DNA from: Promethearchaeota archaeon
GTDB lineage: Archaea; Asgardarchaeota; Lokiarchaeia; Sigyniarchaeales; SOKP01
Reading direction: 5' to 3'
Length of the DNA stretch: 64,000 nt
Assembly: GCA_016839555.1 (NCBI GenBank)
Contig: JAEOUA010000010.1
Location: forward strand, 288,001 to 352,000
The translations under genes were made by a program, and so were the position numbers. The notes beneath the pieces were generated by a model. The model worked only from the letters and a program-made list of their open reading frames with translations, had not been told where the DNA came from and made no database searches. Below, one piece after another: positions 49,229 to 59,930 of this stretch; the stretch's first letter is position 1, and each line of letters begins with the position of its first letter.

Positions 49229-49756
49229 CTAAGATACAATTAAATAGCTCCAAACTGCTTTAAATGTATATAATTTATTATTTAGAATAATAAAAATAAA
49301 ACTAATTAATCCAAAAATTTCTGTGGAAAGATAAAAGGGATTTGTAAATATTCTTTTCAACCATAGAAGCAATTCATCTCCTGTTGGAACAAATTCATAT
49401 TCCATAAACGGAAAAAATAATGGAATAGAAGGTAAATCCAATAAAAGATGAATAGATGTTCCAATAAGAAAAGAGATTGGAATTGAATAAATATTGTTAA
49501 TTTTATTAGATAATTTGGTATAGAATAATAATTTATTAATAACTAATACAAAAAGAAAACTTGTAAATAGAAAAAATAAAGTATGGCAAATATATCTTCC
49601 ATCTCCTAATCGAAATATAAACAGAAGTGCTTTATCTATAATATCAGGTAATATAGCCCCAATAATTAAGGCACATCTATTTATTTTAACTCTTTTTTTT
49701 ATATAAGGTATCTCAAATATAATTAAAGGAAAAGCAATATGAAATAATGGAAACAT
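49229..49756 (-). CDS. YdjM-like membrane metal-dependent hydrolase (paralog 2)
   Basis: FH..LPDIIDK..GR..HT..HLLLD..PLFFP. Confidence 0.8.
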   Translation of the reverse strand: MFPLFHIAFPLIIFEIPYIKKRVKINRCALIIGAILPDIIDKALLFIFRLGDGRYICHTLFFLFTSFLFVLVINKLLFYTKLSNKINNIYSIPISFLIGTSIHLLLDLPSIPLFFPFMEYEFVPTGDELLLWLKRIFTNPFYLSTEIFGLISFIFIILNNKLYTFKAVWSYLIVS

Positions 49757-49817
49757 GCTATTTTAAAAATATAATTATATAGATTAATTAATAAATCACA
49801 ATAAAAGAATATATTGG

Positions 49818-50357
49818 CTATTGAGTCTTACTAAAATACTGCCACATTTTTTTCAGACTATATAATTTATTATTAATTATTATAAATACTAACAATATTA
49901 AACCTATAATTTCCGTTGAGATTAAGATTGGATTAGATAAAAACTCGGTGATCCAACTGTTTACAGCAGCTCCAAAATAGGGAAAATAATAATAAACATG
50001 ATATTCAATAAAAGGATAAAATAATGGAATGTTGGGCAAATCTAATAAAAGATGAATAAATGTTCCTATAAAAAATGAAATGGCAATAGAATAGCTATTT
50101 TTAATTTTTTCAGAGAATCTGGTCAATAATAAAGCTTTATTAACTAAAAATATTAATAGAACACTGATAACAAGGAAAAAAAGGCTATGAGAAATAAATC
50201 TTCCATCCCCAACGCTAAAAAATAAAAATATTTTATCAATAATATCGGGTAGTAATGAAGCAATCAAAATAGTAAGTCTATTTACTTCAAATCGATTTTT
50301 AAGATAGGGAATTTCAAAAATGATCAAGGGGATTGCCATATGAAATAAAAAAAGCAT
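49818..50357 (-). CDS. YdjM-like membrane metal-dependent hydrolase (paralog 1)
   Basis: FH..LPDIIDK..GR..HS..HLLLD..PLFYP; tandem paralog. Confidence 0.8.
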   Translation of the reverse strand: MLFLFHMAIPLIIFEIPYLKNRFEVNRLTILIASLLPDIIDKIFLFFSVGDGRFISHSLFFLVISVLLIFLVNKALLLTRFSEKIKNSYSIAISFFIGTFIHLLLDLPNIPLFYPFIEYHVYYYFPYFGAAVNSWITEFLSNPILISTEIIGLILLVFIIINNKLYSLKKMWQYFSKTQ

Positions 50358-50372
50358 TTAAAACACCGTTTT

Positions 50373-50531
50373 TTAAAATCCATAAATATTTAGGATAAAA
50401 TTTACTATCTCTTTCCAAAAAAAGATGATAACAAAAATTATTGCAACTTGAATCGATATAGAGAGAGAACGTTTAATTAAATAACTATAGGGAATTAATT
50501 GACGAGGAGATTTGATTTTTGATTTACTCAT
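50373..50531 (-). CDS. Unannotated 52-aa single-pass membrane protein
   Basis: MSKSKIKSPRQLIPYSYLIKRSLSISIQVAIIFVIIFFWKEIVNFILNIYGF*, ending 15 bp before the YdjM-like start. Confidence 0.5.
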   Translation of the reverse strand: MSKSKIKSPRQLIPYSYLIKRSLSISIQVAIIFVIIFFWKEIVNFILNIYGF

Positions 50532-50709
50532 TTTTATGGGATTTATTTAATCATATCTTAATTATTTTATAATTATAATAGAATTTTTTGAAATTTATAT
50601 TTCTTGCTTACCATAATTAGTTAAGGTTTCGACATTAATAATTTATTTTAATCCTTTGTATGGATTTTTTTTTAAAACTTTTATTGAGATAATACATTTC
50701 TATAAATTA

Positions 50710-51288
50710 ATGGTTAATTGGAACCAATGGTTTTATAAAAAGGCGCCCAAAATATTTAAAGAATGCGGTATAAAACCCGGAGATATCGTAATAGATTTTG
50801 GCGCTGGAGAGGGCGACTATACAATCCCTATCGCAACTATTATTAAGCAAGAAAATGTTCAAGGAAAAGTAATTGCAATTGATAAGGATGAATATGATTT
50901 GAATAGGTTAAAAAATAAAGCTCGAGAGCTAGATTTAATGAATAATATAGAAATTATTCATAATGATGGGGGACTTACTATAAATAAGCGGGAAAATTTT
51001 GCAGATGCTGTTTTGGTATTCGACGTTCTCCATTTTTTTACAAAAAATGAAAGAAATAAATTATACAAAGAAATTCATAGAGTCTTAGTCCCAGAAGGTT
51101 TACTTATCACTTTTCCTAATCATTATAGAGACTTGTATCCACTATGGAATCTGCGGGAAATGTCTTTAAATGATATTATTGAAGAAATTGAAGCTCATAA
51201 CTTTCAATTAAATTATCAATGGAATGGAGAATTAATTCATGATCATGGATGGTACAATGGTATTGTTCTTTCATTTAAAAAATTATAA
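50710..51288 (+). CDS. Class I SAM-dependent methyltransferase
   Basis: VIDFGAGEG, VIAID, DVLH, HRVLVPEG; ATG 50710 preferred to TTG 50656. Confidence 0.85.
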   Translation: MVNWNQWFYKKAPKIFKECGIKPGDIVIDFGAGEGDYTIPIATIIKQENVQGKVIAIDKDEYDLNRLKNKARELDLMNNIEIIHNDGGLTINKRENFADAVLVFDVLHFFTKNERNKLYKEIHRVLVPEGLLITFPNHYRDLYPLWNLREMSLNDIIEEIEAHNFQLNYQWNGELIHDHGWYNGIVLSFKKL

Positions 51289-51342
51289 GAAATTAGAGAT
51301 ATATTAATTCAGCTGGATTTTAAATTTGAGTGGTTTATAGGG

Positions 51343-51879
51343 TTAAAATTGGCAATTATTCAAGAATATCTCAGCGTCTGCTTTAGAAAAAAATATTAAA
51401 CGAACCTTTTCGATTTTGGGAAAAATATTTAATGATTCTTTTAGAATATTTGAAACTACTTTAGCTGCTTGATATTTTGGAAATGTATAAATTCCTGTTG
51501 AGATAGCGGGAAAAGCAATTGTTTTACAATCATTTTCGACAGCTACTTTTAAGCTATTTTTATAACAATTAGCTAATTCTTCATTAGGATCAGAAGATTG
51601 ACCATAAATAGGTCCTACTGTATGAATTATTTTGGGTTCTAAACGACCTCCAGAGGTAATTACAGCTTTGCCTGTTGGTAATCCCTCTGTGTATTGTTCT
51701 TTTCTAATTTTTTTACATTCTTCCTTGATCGCGGGACCTCCAGCCCTATGGATAGCTCCATCGACACCTCCCCCACCCATTAAGGATGAATTTGCAGCAT
51801 TAACAATGGCGTCCACCGATTCTTTAGTAATATCACCTACAGTAACTTCTATCTTTCCATTTAAAAATTTTTTCATCAT
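51343..51879 (-). CDS. Macro-domain O-acetyl-ADP-ribose deacetylase (YmdB/MacroD-like)
   Basis: GDIT, DAIVNAAN..GGGGVDGAIH, HTVGP, AFPAISTGIY. Confidence 0.92.
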   Translation of the reverse strand: MMKKFLNGKIEVTVGDITKESVDAIVNAANSSLMGGGGVDGAIHRAGGPAIKEECKKIRKEQYTEGLPTGKAVITSGGRLEPKIIHTVGPIYGQSSDPNEELANCYKNSLKVAVENDCKTIAFPAISTGIYTFPKYQAAKVVSNILKESLNIFPKIEKVRLIFFSKADAEIFLNNCQF

Positions 51880-51996
51880 TTTAATTCCTTATTAAAATTT
51901 GTTTTTATTATTTACTCTGCTTAATGAATATTATAAATAAATCATCAAGTACTTATAGAAATAATTAAGGAAAGTTATCTTTTGATTCAAGCGTAT

Positions 51997-52794
51997 TCAA
52001 ATTTGTATTGTTTCCAAAACTTCATCTACTTCGTAATTTTCATGAACGATTTTATGAAGTGCTCTCACTATTTTGGTGGGATCTTCTGCCTGAAACACGT
52101 TTCTTCCAAATGCAACTCCAGAACCACCCGCTTGAATTGAATCATATACCATATTAAATAATTCTTCATTCGTATCCATTTTAGGTCCTCCCGCTATAAT
52201 TACAGGAATATGAACACTTTTTACAATATACTTAAAGGAATCTATATCACCAGTATAATTAGTTTTCACAATATCAGCTCCTAATTCTGCACCTACCCTT
52301 ACTGCGATATTAACAACATCAGGATCATGCTCCTCCGCAATTTTTCTACCTCTTGGGTACATCATTGCTAATAAGGGAACTCCCCATTCCCTACAGTCTT
52401 CAACCACTTTTTGGGCATCTTGAAGCATTTCAGGCTCATCGTCCGCTCCAATATTGATATGAATGGAAACAGCATCAGCGCCCATTTTTAACGCTCGTTC
52501 TACACTACACACTAATATTTTTTTATTTGGATCGGGCGCTAATTTTGTAGCACCAGAAAGGTGGACAATCAATCCAATATCTTTACCATATTTCCTATGA
52601 CCTGCACCAATCATTCCAGAATGCTCTAATACTGCATCAGCTCCTCCCATTGCCACTTTATCGACCATTGCAGCCATATCTTCAAGTCCTTTAATTGTTC
52701 CTACTGATAAACCATGATCCATTGGAATAATAATTGTTCTTCTTGACTCTCGATTAATAATTCTTTCAATTCTAATGCTTTTTCCTAAACTCAA
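51997..52794 (-). CDS. aroA': 2-amino-3,7-dideoxy-D-threo-hept-6-ulosonate synthase / DhnA-type class I aldolase
   Basis: GKSIRIERI, PMDHG, AMMYPRG, ELGADIVKTNYTG, AGGPK, GRNVFQ. Confidence 0.8.
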   Translation of the reverse strand: MSLGKSIRIERIINRESRRTIIIPMDHGLSVGTIKGLEDMAAMVDKVAMGGADAVLEHSGMIGAGHRKYGKDIGLIVHLSGATKLAPDPNKKILVCSVERALKMGADAVSIHINIGADDEPEMLQDAQKVVEDCREWGVPLLAMMYPRGRKIAEEHDPDVVNIAVRVGAELGADIVKTNYTGDIDSFKYIVKSVHIPVIIAGGPKMDTNEELFNMVYDSIQAGGSGVAFGRNVFQAEDPTKIVRALHKIVHENYEVDEVLETIQI

Positions 52795-52926
52795 TTTATA
52801 TCACTTTTTATAACCTTTAATTTAAAATTTCTACATTAAATTACAAATTAATTAATTTTTTAAGATTAATAAACAATAAGTATTGAGAAAAAGATATATC
52901 GAATTGGGAATAATACAAAATATATA

Positions 52927-54375
52927 ATGAAAAAAAACCCGACAACCATTTTAATTTATCCACAACTGGAATTTGCCGGCGCTCAAATCCCTACCCCACC
53001 ATATTCAATTTTATTTATCGCTGATTACCTTTTAAAGCAAAATATAGACGTAAAAGTTTTCGATCTGCGATTTGATTCATATAAACAAGTAAAAGAAGCT
53101 CTTTCCAACAATGATATAGAATATATAGGAGTATCTGCCATGACGGGACCCCAAATTAATTATGCATTACAAATCACTAAATATCTTAAAAAAAATTTTA
53201 AATACATTAAAATTGTATGGGGGGGCATCCATGCAACAATTTTACCAGAACAAACCCTCCAAAATAAGCTAATCGATTTTGTTATTAGAGGAGAAGGTGA
53301 AAAACCATATTATGAGTTAATTAATGGTAAAAATATAAAGCAAATAAAGGGTCTCTCCTATAAAAATAAAAATAAAATCCATCATAATCCGAAATCAGAT
53401 CTTTTAAATAAATCAGAAATTAATGAACAAAAAATACCTTGGAAACTCATAAATTCGAAAAATTATATTCGAAATGGCAACTTTATTATTATAACAAGCA
53501 GAGGTTGTCCTTATAGATGTTCTTTTTGCTATAATAGTATCTTTAATAACAGATGGAGGGGATGGACTGCAGAAAAGTGTATGGAGGAGCTTGATAAAGC
53601 CGTTGATTATGGAGCAAAGAAGCTTACTTTTTATGATGATAATTTTTTTGCGAATTCCCAGCGGATTAAAGATTTATTTAAATATTTTAAAGAAAAGGAA
53701 CTAATATGGAAAGCTGAATTAAGGGTTGATCAGTTAAATTATTCATTGGCAATAAAAGCTAAAAATCATGGTTGTGAACAGTTATTTTTTGGCGCAGAAT
53801 CAGGTTCACAGAAGGTATTAGATATACTCAATAAAGAAGTTACTGTAAGTGATATAATTAATAGTGCCAGAATAGTGAATGATGTAGGTATACAAGCAGA
53901 TTATAGCTGGATGATTGGTATACCTGGCGAGAATTGTAATGATGTAAGAAAAACACTTTCACTTATTAAGAAAATTAGAGAGATCAATTCAAATTCTGAA
54001 TTTTCTATTAAAATTCTCTTTCCTTATCCCAAAACTGTGATATATGAGAAAGCATTAAAAAAAGGATTCAAACCTCCTCAAATTTTATCAGAATGGGGCA
54101 ATATTAGAAGAGAAAGAGCATCAAAATATCTGAAGCATAAAAATCTCCTAGAAATGATTGCAATTACTAGTGCAATTGTAGGAAAAAAAATATTTAAAGA
54201 AAATAATATACCTCCTCTTAAAATTCTAAGATTTTTTGCTGATTTCCGCTGGGATAAAGAGATCTTTAGTTTCGGTATTGAAAACTTCTTCTTTAAACTC
54301 TTTAAAGATGTAATTGAGAAGGTAATTTCTGATAAAGATACATCATATGATCCTTTTTCTCACAAAATTGTTTAA
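52927..54375 (+). CDS. Cobalamin-binding radical SAM protein (class B type)
   Basis: VWGGIHAT (B12 domain), TSRGCPYRCSFC, DDNF, GAESGS. Confidence 0.9.
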   Translation: MKKNPTTILIYPQLEFAGAQIPTPPYSILFIADYLLKQNIDVKVFDLRFDSYKQVKEALSNNDIEYIGVSAMTGPQINYALQITKYLKKNFKYIKIVWGGIHATILPEQTLQNKLIDFVIRGEGEKPYYELINGKNIKQIKGLSYKNKNKIHHNPKSDLLNKSEINEQKIPWKLINSKNYIRNGNFIIITSRGCPYRCSFCYNSIFNNRWRGWTAEKCMEELDKAVDYGAKKLTFYDDNFFANSQRIKDLFKYFKEKELIWKAELRVDQLNYSLAIKAKNHGCEQLFFGAESGSQKVLDILNKEVTVSDIINSARIVNDVGIQADYSWMIGIPGENCNDVRKTLSLIKKIREINSNSEFSIKILFPYPKTVIYEKALKKGFKPPQILSEWGNIRRERASKYLKHKNLLEMIAITSAIVGKKIFKENNIPPLKILRFFADFRWDKEIFSFGIENFFFKLFKDVIEKVISDKDTSYDPFSHKIV

Positions 54376-54408
54376 ACAATAAGAAGAGACATATTCATGA
54401 ATATGTCT
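54367..54408. repeat. Two consecutive perfect palindromes (14 bp and 22 bp)
   Basis: ATTGTTTAAACAAT (54367-54380) and AGACATATTCATGAATATGTCT (54387-54408). Confidence 0.85.
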
Positions 54409-54771
54409 TAAAAATATGAAAATATATTTACAGGAAATATAAAAATTAAGAATCAACATTTTTAATTAAATAATTAATATTTAGAGAACATGTAATTTAA
54501 TGGTTATTCCATCAACTTATTACCTAAAATTACAAAATATTAAATTAAGAACTGAAAATAGATTAAAAAGATATGGTTTTGCATTATTATATCTAATTCC
54601 ACTTGTTATATGGGCTTTTGGCGTCTATTTTATATTTGCATTTTTACTTTAAGCTTAAATTATTTTCATAACAATAATATTTCATATTAATTTTGGATAA
54701 TAATTATAAAAGGAAATAAATAAATTAATAGAGGAAAAATTTATATAAAAAAAAGAGGGATTTAAAAATAT

Positions 54772-55254
54772 TTATACCCTTGAATCGCTGATTTCCGGCG
54801 GTGGGGTGGTCTTATTTTTTTCAAAAATATCACTCATTATTCGATAGAAATCTTTTCTTCTTTCTGTAAAATGAACCTTATCTTCTCCTTTATTTTGCTC
54901 AAGAGTAGCTTTCCAGGCAAAGACTGCAGGATTTCCTTTTTTCATTATTAAAGATCCCTTTTTACGTTTAAAACATTCAATTTTTAACACTCCTTTCGCT
55001 TCGTTGAGTGGTATAATTTGAGATACATCATGCCATCGAACCCATTTACTCGTTCCAGTCTTATACATAGGTGTATTAAACCCAACTTTCAGTCTCCATG
55101 CAAACCCATTATCACTTACCAATAATGTACCATGTTCACTGCCAAGTTTGCATTTGGAAGTAATTAAAACATCACCTATAGGATCAGAAGAAACCATTTT
55201 ATCAAAAACATCTTTTCTATCAGAAGAAAGTTCCCATCCTTCCATTACTGGCAT
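54772..55254 (-). CDS. Hypothetical protein, possible PH-like fold
   Basis: GTLLVSDNGFAW..WVRWHDVSQI, further strands, terminal helix; AAGGTGA Shine-Dalgarno-like motif. Confidence 0.6.
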   Translation of the reverse strand: MPVMEGWELSSDRKDVFDKMVSSDPIGDVLITSKCKLGSEHGTLLVSDNGFAWRLKVGFNTPMYKTGTSKWVRWHDVSQIIPLNEAKGVLKIECFKRKKGSLIMKKGNPAVFAWKATLEQNKGEDKVHFTERRKDFYRIMSDIFEKNKTTPPPEISDSRV

Positions 55255-55493
55255 ATATTTTCACCTTATTTATTTCTTGGTAAAATAATATTTTTATAAA
55301 TATTGGATGAATTCTATTAAGAAATAATCCTATTAAAATTTTTATGAAAATATTAATTGTAGAAGTAATAGTAATTCTAAAAAGTCATAATAAAAAAAAG
55401 CTAAAATTGATTACAAAATAATAATATAATTATCCAAATTTTAAAATAACTTGATTCTTAGAAGATAATTAGAGTTAAAGTGAAATAGACTAT

Positions 55494-57617
55494 ATGAAAA
55501 ATGAAAAAAAATCTTCAAAAGAAGAATTCATCTTTGAATTTTACGAAGATTTAGAGCAAAACTTTGCTACAGAAATATCCTCTGTTTCAAGTCAATATAA
55601 TCAAATTAATTTTAAGCATAATTTAAATAAAGAACAGCTAAATATTATTAATAATATTCAAGGTCCCATGCTCGTAATTGCGGGCGCAGGTTCTGGAAAA
55701 ACTCGCACAATTATTTATGCTGTAGCCAAATTATTGCTCTCTGGTGTTCCTTCAAATAATATAATGCTGGTAACATTTACCAATAAAGCAGCAAAAGAAA
55801 TGATTGATAGGCTTGAGATATTATTAGGTAAAAAGCCAAAAGGAATTTGGGCAGGCACTTTTCATTCAATGGCCAATCGCTTTATTAGAAGATATGCTAA
55901 AACGCTTGGATTAAAAGCTAATTATACAATTATGGATCAAACTGATGCGAAAGCGTTAATGAAATTAGCAATGGAGGAGGTTAATATTTCGGAACTAGAA
56001 GAACGGTTCCCAACATCCGCCATGGCAAAAAATATTCTTTCATATTTAATTAATTGCAATAAGACAATTCGAGAAGTCATTTTATGGAAATATAGTGATT
56101 TTGATAAAGATATAATCGAAAATAAATTAAAAGAAGTTTATAAAAGATATGAGAAAAAAAAGGCTGAAGATGGCTTATTAGATTTCGATGATTTGTTGGT
56201 TTATTGGAATCGCTTATTGGATGAAAAATTAGTGGCTCGAATGATTGCTCGTAAAATAAAGTATATATTAGTTGATGAATATCAAGATACAAATCATATT
56301 CAAGATGAAATTATTCATAAAATAGTATCTTTAAATCCTGAGAAAAATGTCATGGTAGTTGGAGATGATGCCCAATCTATTTATGCTTTTCGCGGTGCTA
56401 ATTTTGAGAATATTCTTAATTTTGAAGAACGATATAAAAATTGTAAGAAATATAAAATAACTTCCAATTATAGAAGTGTTCCAGAAATTTTAGAATTAGC
56501 AAATGATTCTATAGAGCATAATAAATTTCAACATAAAAAAGAAATGAAACCTATTCGTTTTTCTACTGGAATAAAACCCTTTCTAGTAAGTGTTTCTGAA
56601 GATGAAGAACAAGCAAAATTTATCGCAAATCAAATCTTAAAATTAAGAACTGAAGGATATTATTTAAATGAAATTGCTGTGTTATTTCGAGCAAGTCGCC
56701 ATTCCCTTAAGATTGAACAGGAACTCCAGAATAAAAATATACCTTACGAAGTTCGAGCGGGTGTAGCATTTTTTGAAAAAGCGCATATAAAAGATGCGCT
56801 CGTTCATTTAAGAATAATAGAAAATTCTTATGATGAAATTGCTTGGTCTAGAATTTTCGCTCTTATTCCGGGATTAGGAAAAACATCTGGAAATAAAATA
56901 TTTTCAGAAATTTCCAAAACCGATAATCCTTTAGAAACTATTTTGAAAGATGATTTTTTTAAGAAAAAAATGAATGGCTCCAGAATTCCATCAGCTGGTA
57001 TCAAAAATCTAATTAATCATATAAAGCCATTAATTAAATATACCGCTGAAGAGGATCCTTCTGAACTATTATTGGAGGTTATTAATCTCCTTGAAGAATA
57101 TATAAGAGTAAGATATGAGAACGCAGAAGATAGGTTTGAAGATCTTAAAGCTTTAGCAATTTATTCTCAAAACTATCCTACAATTCGAAGGTTTTTAGAA
57201 ACTTTAAGCTTGAATAAATCTAATATTGAATCAAAAACAGTATTAACAGGTGATAAAACAGAACGAGAAAAACCTTTAATACTTTCCACGATCCATCGAG
57301 CAAAAGGATTAGAATGGCGAGTGGTATTTATTCCAATGCTCTGTGAGGGCTATTTTCCTTCATTTCAAGTAATTGGAGATCAAGATGCTTTAGAGGAAGA
57401 ACGCAGAGTATTCTATGTGGCAATTACACGGGCGAAGGACCAATTATATTTAATTACTCCTGCACTAATTCAGTCATGGAGGGGATTTAGAACGGCAACT
57501 ACTTCTCAATTTGTTGAGGAACTTAATTCAAATGTGTACAAAAGCTCATCGGTCAAATTTAAGAAAAAACAAAAAGCAAACTTCCTTACGGCTGATAAGT
57601 TATTAAAAAAAAGTTAA
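55494..57617 (+). CDS. uvrD: UvrD/PcrA/Rep SF1 DNA helicase
   Basis: AGAGSGKT, TFTNKAA, VDEYQD, VGDDAQSIY.FRGA, NYRS, TIHRAKGLE, EERR.FYVAITRAK. Confidence 0.93.
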   Translation: MKNEKKSSKEEFIFEFYEDLEQNFATEISSVSSQYNQINFKHNLNKEQLNIINNIQGPMLVIAGAGSGKTRTIIYAVAKLLLSGVPSNNIMLVTFTNKAAKEMIDRLEILLGKKPKGIWAGTFHSMANRFIRRYAKTLGLKANYTIMDQTDAKALMKLAMEEVNISELEERFPTSAMAKNILSYLINCNKTIREVILWKYSDFDKDIIENKLKEVYKRYEKKKAEDGLLDFDDLLVYWNRLLDEKLVARMIARKIKYILVDEYQDTNHIQDEIIHKIVSLNPEKNVMVVGDDAQSIYAFRGANFENILNFEERYKNCKKYKITSNYRSVPEILELANDSIEHNKFQHKKEMKPIRFSTGIKPFLVSVSEDEEQAKFIANQILKLRTEGYYLNEIAVLFRASRHSLKIEQELQNKNIPYEVRAGVAFFEKAHIKDALVHLRIIENSYDEIAWSRIFALIPGLGKTSGNKIFSEISKTDNPLETILKDDFFKKKMNGSRIPSAGIKNLINHIKPLIKYTAEEDPSELLLEVINLLEEYIRVRYENAEDRFEDLKALAIYSQNYPTIRRFLETLSLNKSNIESKTVLTGDKTEREKPLILSTIHRAKGLEWRVVFIPMLCEGYFPSFQVIGDQDALEEERRVFYVAITRAKDQLYLITPALIQSWRGFRTATTSQFVEELNSNVYKSSSVKFKKKQKANFLTADKLLKKS

Positions 57618-57683
57618 TATAAGATAAGATTTTTTCCTAAGTTATTTATAATTAGAATAAATAATTACCCGCATTGAGAAAGT

Positions 57684-59255
57684 TTACCATGGTCTTTCGA
57701 TAATGGTTGGTCGTGCTATTTTGGCCTTCTTAGGATAATCTACATTATAATGAATTCCTCTACTCTCTTTTCTTGAAATCGCACTTACTATTATAATTTT
57801 TGCGACTGTTGCCAAATTTCTTAACTCAATAAGGTTTTTTTCGATTTTGAAGTCCCAATAATACCTTTCTATCTCATCAAGTATTAGATTGATTCTTTTT
57901 TTAGCTCTTTGCAATCTTTTGTCCGTTCTTACAATTCCCACATAATTTTGCATAAATCTACGAAGCTCATCCCAGTTCTGGGTTATAACTATTGCCTCAG
58001 TAGAGGGTATTGCATTCCCAGGCTCCCAAGGCTTAAATTCTTTAATCTTTAAGTTATTAGCTATAGATGCCAGGGTTTCAGCGCAATTATGTCCACATAC
58101 TAATCCTTCTATTAATGAGTTACTTGCTAACCTATTTGCTCCATGAAGACCTGTACATGCAGATTCTCCAATAACATATAAATTTTTTACTTGAGTAGTA
58201 CCATCTATTTTGGCACTTACGCCTCCACAACAATAGTGGGCTGCGGGAACAATAGGTATAGGCTCTTTAGTAATATCAATATTAAATTCTAAACATTTTT
58301 TATAAACTCCAGGAAAGTGCTTCTTAATAAACTCTGGCTCTCTTTGTGACGCGATATCTAATAATACATAATCATCTCCCGTTCTTTTAAGTTCAAAATC
58401 GATTGCTCTGGAAACTATATCTCGAGGGGCCAAATCTTTCATTGGATGATATTTTTTCATAAATTTCTTTCCACTTAAATTTTTTAGGATGGCTCCCTCC
58501 CCTCTCATGGCTTCTGTGATAAGAAATGATTTAGCATAGGGATGATATAGACAAGTTGGATGGAATTGAAAGAATTCCATATTTGAGATTGCGGCACCTG
58601 CTCGATATGCCATCGCGATTCCATCTCCAGATGCCACGTCGGGATTTGAAGTATAAAGATAAATTTTACCACACCCTCCCGTAGCTAATATAGTTGCTCC
58701 TGCGCCAATATTATGAATCTCTTCCTTCTCCTGATCTAGAACATAAACTCCAAAACATTTCATATTTCGTGCATAGAGATTAATTGCACACATATCTTCT
58801 TTTATCTCAACATTATCACATTCTTTCACTTTATCTATGAGAGCTTCTTCTATATATCTCCCTGTGAGATCATTCACATGGAGAATTCGTCGCTCAGAAT
58901 GGCCTCCTTCCCTTCCAAGATCATATTCTCCATCGCTATTTCTAGAAAAATCAACTCCCCACTCAATCAACTCATGGATTCGCTCTGGAACTTGAGTTAT
59001 AATCTCTCTCACTACCTCTTCATTACACAAGCCATCGCCAGCTTCAAGTGTATCTTTTATATGTTTCTCAAAACTATCATTTTCATCCCATACACAGGCT
59101 ACTCCTCCTTGTGAGTAATATGTATTACATTCTTCCAATTCTTGTTTAGTTATTAAAAGAATTTTTTTATTTGGTGAAAGTCGAGATAACCTTATGGCTA
59201 AAGATAATCCAGAAATCCCCCCACCTATTATTAAAAAATCAGTCTTAAACCTCAA
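57684..59255 (-). CDS. nadB: L-aspartate oxidase
   Basis: IGGGISG, YSQGG, EGGHSERRILH, QFHPT, ITEAMRGEG, PAAHY, GLHGANRLASNSL. Confidence 0.95.
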   Translation of the reverse strand: MRFKTDFLIIGGGISGLSLAIRLSRLSPNKKILLITKQELEECNTYYSQGGVACVWDENDSFEKHIKDTLEAGDGLCNEEVVREIITQVPERIHELIEWGVDFSRNSDGEYDLGREGGHSERRILHVNDLTGRYIEEALIDKVKECDNVEIKEDMCAINLYARNMKCFGVYVLDQEKEEIHNIGAGATILATGGCGKIYLYTSNPDVASGDGIAMAYRAGAAISNMEFFQFHPTCLYHPYAKSFLITEAMRGEGAILKNLSGKKFMKKYHPMKDLAPRDIVSRAIDFELKRTGDDYVLLDIASQREPEFIKKHFPGVYKKCLEFNIDITKEPIPIVPAAHYCCGGVSAKIDGTTQVKNLYVIGESACTGLHGANRLASNSLIEGLVCGHNCAETLASIANNLKIKEFKPWEPGNAIPSTEAIVITQNWDELRRFMQNYVGIVRTDKRLQRAKKRINLILDEIERYYWDFKIEKNLIELRNLATVAKIIIVSAISRKESRGIHYNVDYPKKAKIARPTIIERPW

Positions 59256-59389
59256 AATACATTTCCTTATTTGCCGAATTTAGAATTTTATTAGAATTTA
59301 TAATCATTTTTAAGATATTAATTTAATACTTCTTTTTAGGTTTCACAAAATTTTTTTTTGATTTTTTAATTTAATTTAATCGAGAATAT

Positions 59390-59893
59390 ATGAATAAAAA
59401 AGTAAAAAATGTACTTTTTGTATGCTTTGGCAATACAGCAAGAAGTCCTGCCGCGGAAGGAATCGCTAAAGCACTAAAAAGGGATAAATATTCTGAAGAA
59501 TTAGCTAATGTTAATTTTGATTCTGCAGGGTTCTTTAATGTTTATAAAACTGCTCAACCGGCAACTATAGAATATCTAAAAAAAAATTGGAACATTGATT
59601 TTAGCGATTTTAAAGGGAAGATTATGGATGAAGATTTATTGAAAAAGCAAGATCTCATTTTAGTTATGCAACCACGCCATTTAAAGAGGCTAAAAAGAAA
59701 ATTTAAAAATCTTAAGGAAGTTCAAAAAAAGGCTCATATCTTATTAGAATATGCACAAGTTCCAGGAGACCCAGATATTGAAGATCCGGTCAATTTAAAT
59801 GAAAAAGAATATGAAGAAATAATAAAAACTGTGGAAAATGGAGTTATTGAATCCATTAAAAAAATTATTAAAATTAATAAAGACTTAACTTAA
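59390..59893 (+). CDS. Low-molecular-weight protein phosphatase (LMW-PTP/YwlE family)
   Basis: VCFGNTARSPAAE, DSAG, DIEDP. Confidence 0.88.
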   Translation: MNKKVKNVLFVCFGNTARSPAAEGIAKALKRDKYSEELANVNFDSAGFFNVYKTAQPATIEYLKKNWNIDFSDFKGKIMDEDLLKKQDLILVMQPRHLKRLKRKFKNLKEVQKKAHILLEYAQVPGDPDIEDPVNLNEKEYEEIIKTVENGVIESIKKIIKINKDLT

Positions 59894-59930
59894 ATTAACC
59901 AGTTTTATCTAATTAAAGAGTTAATATTTT

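Noticed and set aside
52927-54375. B12-radical SAM as a GDGT ring synthase or lipid methylase belonging to the lipid system
   Set aside because: This family is large and functionally diverse, the gene is about 17 kb from the lipid operon, and nothing visible fixes its substrate.
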